Of a stretch of 64,000 nucleotides of DNA, positions 59,520 through 64,000 are shown piece after piece (position 1 is the stretch's first letter; each line of letters opens with the position of its first letter). The stretch spans positions 367 through 64,366 of the forward strand of contig JBAYKY010000001.1 of the NCBI GenBank assembly GCA_041664385.1, written 5' to 3'. The stretch is from Minisyncoccota bacterium. GTDB taxonomy: Bacteria > Patescibacteriota > Minisyncoccia > UBA6257 > GWB1-50-10. Position numbers and translations under genes: made by a program. The notes beneath the pieces were generated by a model. That model was not told the origin of the DNA. It did not search any database and worked only from the letters and a program-made list of their open reading frames with translations.

Positions 59520-60134
59520 TTAACTTAAAATTTTTATAAGTGCGTCGGTAACGGGCTTCAGCTCAAGAAGTTCTTCTTCAGGCGTATGCTGCAGTGATGG
59601 TTTATTCGTTATTTTAGAAATATAAAGAGCGCGGACTGGCATCTGGATATGTGATTTACCAAATATGTGATCTGTCAAGATAATTTCACGTCGCGATTCG
59701 GAAGTGCGAAGTGTGCCATCAGGATTTAATAACGCAAAAGCCTCAACCCATGCCGCATTTACACGACCACCGTGCTTCTTTGCAACACCCTGCCAAAATT
59801 TTAATAATGCTTCTGCAATTTCTTCTTGAGAAAGATTTTCTTTGTATATTCCCTCAAGCGCTGTCCTTTTGGGGGCTTCTACTAATCCTTCGCCTTCAAC
59901 CCAAAAACCAGTATCATTTGCAAGGATTGGCATGTCAGTTTTTCCAAAATAGGCACGCACCTTAATCTCCGCATTTTCAGCTAACGTGCTACCACTTTCT
60001 TCAACATCAAAATTTTCCAACCCTACATCACTCGGAATATGAATTTCAAAATCTAAACCAGTAGAAGCAATAAGATTTTTAAATCGTTCTACCTTCCCTT
60101 GGTTATATGTTCCGAGAAGTACCTCCTTTTTCAT
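59520..60134 (-). CDS. Non-canonical purine NTP pyrophosphatase (RdgB/Ham1 family)
   Basis: LLGTYNQGKVERFKNL...ENAEIKVRAYF...ANDTGFWVEGEG matches Ham1 motifs; start chosen at MKKEVLL. Confidence 0.75.
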   Translation of the reverse strand: MKKEVLLGTYNQGKVERFKNLIASTGLDFEIHIPSDVGLENFDVEESGSTLAENAEIKVRAYFGKTDMPILANDTGFWVEGEGLVEAPKRTALEGIYKENLSQEEIAEALLKFWQGVAKKHGGRVNAAWVEAFALLNPDGTLRTSESRREIILTDHIFGKSHIQMPVRALYISKITNKPSLQHTPEEELLELKPVTDALIKILS

Positions 60135-60135
60135 A

Positions 60136-60459
60136 TTATTTTTCTTCCTTAACTCCCCATTGCCAACGAGGTTTCTCACCGGTTTTATAACAGATAACGA
60201 GAAGTACTATAATTGCCGCAATTATCTTTCCAAAAAACCAGTAGAAATTTGCATCGATCGGCCCCATATTTGGTTCTAAATCAAGGCTGTTCCACAATAC
60301 AAACCCCAAGAAAAACGCGATTACGAGCCACCCTTGCCAAGTTACGGGAGTCCAGCCCCAACCATAGAGCTTTCGTTTAAACCAAAAATTCTCTGGGTTA
60401 TTCTTTAAATAAGAAATGTATTCTTTAAACATATGATAAGTATAATTGAAAATCTTCAA
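60136..60459 (-). CDS. Hypothetical membrane protein
   Basis: Two TM helices, Trp-rich. Confidence 0.4.
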   Translation of the reverse strand: MKIFNYTYHMFKEYISYLKNNPENFWFKRKLYGWGWTPVTWQGWLVIAFFLGFVLWNSLDLEPNMGPIDANFYWFFGKIIAAIIVLLVICYKTGEKPRWQWGVKEEK

Positions 60460-61448
60460 CGTAGGTATTTCTCAATATTCGCCTGATGCTCTTTATACGT
60501 CTTCACACAGTAGATTATCCTTGATGAATCATGAAGATAGAATAAGCAATCTGTTTTCTGAGGGTAGAGAACCGCACTTATTGCATTGAGTCCTGGGTTT
60601 GATATAGGGTGCGGAGGAAGCCCTTTATATTTATACGTATTATAAGGTGAGTCTTTCTGCTTATCGGCAATCGTAATAGGAAACCACCAACCATTCCCCG
60701 TATCTCCTCGAGCATATTGGAGCGTCGCATCAACCTCAAGTCGTATATCTTGGAGAAGGCGATTCCAGAGAATGCCAGCAATGAGCGGCATATCATCCTT
60801 ACCCGCTGCTTCTCGCTGAACAATTGAAGCAATCTTTAGAAGTGTATTCCATTTTATATTTTGCTTTGCAGCCTCTCCTGCAAGCGGAGAAAACTTCTCA
60901 TTGAATTTTGCACGAAGTCTATTTGCAACATCAAGAGGCGATTCAGCCACGGGGATAAGATAGGTATCAGGGAAATACACGCCCTCGGTATAGTCATATT
61001 GCAGCATAGTATAGGTAGTAATCCATTTCTCCTTATCCTCCTTACTCCAACCAAGAGTTGCGGCAAGAATATCCGCGGTTTCCTCCTTGCGAAGCCCTTC
61101 GGGAATTACTACCCATTTCATATATGGCTCCCCTGTAAGTACTCCTGCAATTTGCCACGCGTTCATTGCCTTCGAAATCTTATATGCGCCTTCCTTCACC
61201 TCTCGCCCATGAAGTGCGATAGAAAAACCGAAAATATTTTTAATAAATCCTGCTTCTTTCAAACTAGTTACTACTGCTTTTTCACCAAGGGGAACGATAA
61301 AACGCTCTGATTCAATACTTCCTTGTGGTGCGGCAAATAGACCAAAATAAATAAAAATAACCGCAATCACGAGAATACCAACAAAAATGCTGATTCTTTT
61401 CTTATTGGGTTCATCTTTTATATTATTTCCATCAAACATATATCTCAA
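60456..61448 (-). CDS. mltG: Endolytic murein transglycosylase MltG (YceG family)
   Basis: N-terminal TM; YceG-like domain with EGVYFPDTY signature. Confidence 0.85.
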   Translation of the reverse strand: MRYMFDGNNIKDEPNKKRISIFVGILVIAVIFIYFGLFAAPQGSIESERFIVPLGEKAVVTSLKEAGFIKNIFGFSIALHGREVKEGAYKISKAMNAWQIAGVLTGEPYMKWVVIPEGLRKEETADILAATLGWSKEDKEKWITTYTMLQYDYTEGVYFPDTYLIPVAESPLDVANRLRAKFNEKFSPLAGEAAKQNIKWNTLLKIASIVQREAAGKDDMPLIAGILWNRLLQDIRLEVDATLQYARGDTGNGWWFPITIADKQKDSPYNTYKYKGLPPHPISNPGLNAISAVLYPQKTDCLFYLHDSSRIIYCVKTYKEHQANIEKYLR

Positions 61449-61464
61449 TTATATTCCAACAAAA

Positions 61465-63093
61465 TTAAGATTGGAGTATTTTTGCTTTTCTTAGAATCGC
61501 ATGAACCGAGAGAGGGTAATTATGTACTTTTGTGAGCGCCTTCTTTGCCTGCTCCTTGGTAATAAACCCCACAGTCACCTCGCGCGCGAGGCGTGTGGCA
61601 TCAGGGTGAAATCCTAGGAGACGTCTTGCCTTGTTTTCCGCCGCTCGTGCAAATAAGCACGAATTCGCATTCGATTCAATAAGAAACTCACCCTTAGGAA
61701 CTTTCCACCCCAACTCTTCGAGTATCTTTCGCGTGTCATTTATTCTCCGCTGTAAAAGAAAGGGGAGATGAACGATATAAACAGGAGGCTTATTTTTGAA
61801 TGGCTGCAATTTTCTGATGGCAGAAAAAACGAATTTCTTTGATTTGCTATCTTGACTCAAGCCCGCCCACTCGTTGATGCCAAGTACAACTACACTCACT
61901 TCATTTCGTATTGCTTCACCATAATAGGCTCGCACCACCAACCGCCTGCATAATTGGCATGTCCTCACAAAAGGAATACTATGTGCGCATTTTATGGAGT
62001 AATGTCTTCGTCCTTCTATATACCATTTGCGGAATTTCTCTTTCAATTCTTGTGAATCGCTTTCGTTATAGAGTGCTGCGGTCTTTTCGAAACATTTGCG
62101 GTCAACGGTCCGCGCATACTTCCTTATATCTATCCGCTGATGATCTACACCTAACTCTTTAGCAACTTGTGAGGACCTCGAAAATATATGATGCGGATAG
62201 TAGCCAGTATCGAAGGTGAACGAAAGGGGAGTAAAACCCATTTTTTTGATTTGATAGAGCGTCGCAGTACTATCCTTCCCACCCGAAATGCCTACCATAA
62301 CATCATACTTACCCCGCCCGCTTCTTATAAGGGACTTCAGAAATGCGAGTTCTTTGATAAGCGGCTTCTTGCTGAAGTTTTCTTCGTACCTCTCGCACGT
62401 CTCACAAAGTCCCGTGCTACCAATCGTACTTGAGAGATTCGTACTGGTATTCACACAATGAGCACACTCTCTTACTTCTATGAGAGCTTTTATTTTGGTG
62501 AATATCTCCTTTTTTGTCTGAAGCGCGGTATTGAACGATAAGTGAGCAATCTTCTCAACCTTATTCGTGGAAAAAAGACGCTCTTCGATATGGCGCTCTT
62601 TTTCTGCGGCCTTAAGAGAGAAATCTTCCCGCTTTGCCACTCGCTTACTCAAATCCTTCTCGGGAGTCTTCAAATATACCACGAGATACCCATTCTTCTT
62701 GAAGAATGTGGAATTATGATACCCACGTATGCCCGCAATAAGTACAAATTTTTTCGCATATCGTTTCTCGTGTATAAAAGTGAGTGTTTTTGCAATAACC
62801 GAAGGAGAATAACGATTCTTAAGATAAGTAAAAAATACACGCGCCTTTTCGCGTGGAATGGGGGAGCCCGATTTCTTGGTTTTTATTTTATTGATAACCT
62901 GAATAAACTTTTTCTCTTCACGAGGAAGACTATCTTTTATGGAAAAAGCAGGATGAACGACTGCCTGCGAGGCCTCAATATAGCTCGCCTTGGGAAATGC
63001 TTCGAGGAGCCACTTTGCTATCGTAGTCTTGCCACTCCCAGGAGCACCAAATATGACTATTCCCTTGTATGTATAAAATCCATCATCCTTCAT
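61465..63093 (-). CDS. Fusion protein: P-loop kinase-like domain + Cys4 zinc ribbon + PP-loop (SGGKDS) ATP-pyrophosphatase domain
   Basis: N-terminal GAPGSGKTTIAKWL; middle CAHC...CETCERY; C-terminal MVGISGGKDSTATL PP-loop motif. Confidence 0.6.
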   Translation of the reverse strand: MKDDGFYTYKGIVIFGAPGSGKTTIAKWLLEAFPKASYIEASQAVVHPAFSIKDSLPREEKKFIQVINKIKTKKSGSPIPREKARVFFTYLKNRYSPSVIAKTLTFIHEKRYAKKFVLIAGIRGYHNSTFFKKNGYLVVYLKTPEKDLSKRVAKREDFSLKAAEKERHIEERLFSTNKVEKIAHLSFNTALQTKKEIFTKIKALIEVRECAHCVNTSTNLSSTIGSTGLCETCERYEENFSKKPLIKELAFLKSLIRSGRGKYDVMVGISGGKDSTATLYQIKKMGFTPLSFTFDTGYYPHHIFSRSSQVAKELGVDHQRIDIRKYARTVDRKCFEKTAALYNESDSQELKEKFRKWYIEGRRHYSIKCAHSIPFVRTCQLCRRLVVRAYYGEAIRNEVSVVVLGINEWAGLSQDSKSKKFVFSAIRKLQPFKNKPPVYIVHLPFLLQRRINDTRKILEELGWKVPKGEFLIESNANSCLFARAAENKARRLLGFHPDATRLAREVTVGFITKEQAKKALTKVHNYPLSVHAILRKAKILQS

Positions 63094-63167
63094 GGGACTA
63101 TTGTATCACTTTGTCCCAAACTAAATAAAAACCAGCACCTTTCGGTGCTGGATATATAGCATATCTG

Positions 63168-63938
63168 TTATTTGTGCTTCTGATTCTTCAGGAACTGGTC
63201 GAGAGAATCCGGATCAACACTCTGGAGACGATTACTCTCCAAAAGAGTCGTCCGCTTCTCGGCTTTATCCACGCGCGTAACTTCTTTCTTCACCACTTTG
63301 AGATTGGCGAGGTGCTCCGCTTGCACGTTGCTCTCATCGCTCAAAGTAATGCCTTCAATATGGAAGGCGCGGCAGGTGATTATCTTCTCCTTCGTGTCTT
63401 GGAACCGTATCGTAACGCGGCTTCCATCACGCATGAGAGGAACCTCAGCAGTCGCATTCGTGTACGCAACTTCGAATAATTTCGGTACACTCTTCATTTT
63501 AAAGGTGAAGACTTGTTGCTGTGCGCGGAATACAGGCTGCCCGGTAAACTCGATTATCCCCGAAAGGATTACCTCGGGAATCTCACCGCCTGCCGGAGCA
63601 ATACTTGCTTCGCCCGAACTACTTATGATCGCACGATAATTCGAAAGTGCTTCTTCGAATGTCGCACCGCGTGCCGCCAACTGTACATTGTTGATTGAGA
63701 CAAGTGAAACACCCTTGAATTGATGTTCATACATCATAGGCACCACATACGTAAGTGTGCCATAGATGTTATAGGGTGTAAGATCAGTTGGTTCATAGCC
63801 TGTGAAGTTTGACCATAAGGATTTTGCCGCATCATATGCTCTATTTTCAGTTACGCCAGCCACATGAACGAAAGTACTGACTCCCGTTCGTGCATCGGTA
63901 AGCATAAATCCGGTAAGCGCATCATCCTTGCTGTTCAT
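63168..63938 (-). CDS. Hypothetical protein (256 aa)
   Basis: ORF only. Confidence 0.45.
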   Translation of the reverse strand: MNSKDDALTGFMLTDARTGVSTFVHVAGVTENRAYDAAKSLWSNFTGYEPTDLTPYNIYGTLTYVVPMMYEHQFKGVSLVSINNVQLAARGATFEEALSNYRAIISSSGEASIAPAGGEIPEVILSGIIEFTGQPVFRAQQQVFTFKMKSVPKLFEVAYTNATAEVPLMRDGSRVTIRFQDTKEKIITCRAFHIEGITLSDESNVQAEHLANLKVVKKEVTRVDKAEKRTTLLESNRLQSVDPDSLDQFLKNQKHK

Positions 63939-64000
63939 ACTGGTGAACCCAGAGAACCATTGGCAATCGCCGTTTTTTCCGTAGGTAAGGAACCAGCCTT

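Noticed and set aside
1-64000. CRISPR arrays, rRNA genes, transposases/integrases
   Set aside because: No evenly spaced short direct repeats, no rRNA-like sequence and no transposase/integrase-like ORF were seen; the only mobile-element-like signals are the short inverted-repeat modules and the tRNA 3'-end duplications.

Overview
This window is a low-GC, gene-dense bacterial chromosomal segment with about 90 coding genes, mostly on the + strand. The many small hypothetical membrane proteins, compact intergenic regions and tRNA-Ile/tRNA-Ala lying outside any rRNA operon suggest a CPR/Patescibacteria-like (Parcubacteria-type) genome; this is inferred from gene content, not from any search. Confidently recognisable genes include def-fmt, ctp, rplI, rpmA, rmuC, topA, dprA, rsmE, a SpoU methylase, truB, sodA/B, an RluA-family synthase, rplS, rsmI, lepA, hisS, dus, an RsuA/RluB-type synthase, a DEAD-box helicase, an ABC-F ATPase, an ECF sigma factor, a MacAB-like exporter and mltG. 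RNA genes are tRNA-Leu(GAG), tRNA-Ile(GAU), tRNA-Ala(UGC) and tRNA-Gly(CCC). There is a copper-homeostasis island (csoR-copA-HMA/DsbD_2-cupredoxin-SHOCT-glutaredoxin), a surface-glycan cluster (sugar transferase, two GT4 glycosyltransferases, a DUF4012-like protein) and a candidate nucleotide-salvage / nucleic-acid-processing cluster at 55.0-60.2 kb. The most unusual features read directly from the sequence are: (1) a conserved inverted-repeat pair with core ATCCCGTTAGA(A/G)...TCTAACGGGAT, flanking 54-80 bp AT-rich spacers, present at three loci, with one arm fused to the ATG of def, topA and the RluA-family gene; (2) partial duplicates of the 3' ends of tRNA-Leu and tRNA-Gly a short distance downstream of each tRNA; (3) a 1045-aa orphan membrane protein with internal tandem repeats; (4) two paralogous small zinc-ribbon proteins bracketing the nucleotide-enzyme cluster; (5) a protein fusing a P-loop kinase-like domain, a zinc ribbon and a PP-loop domain. 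No CRISPR array, rRNA or obvious transposase/integrase was seen.
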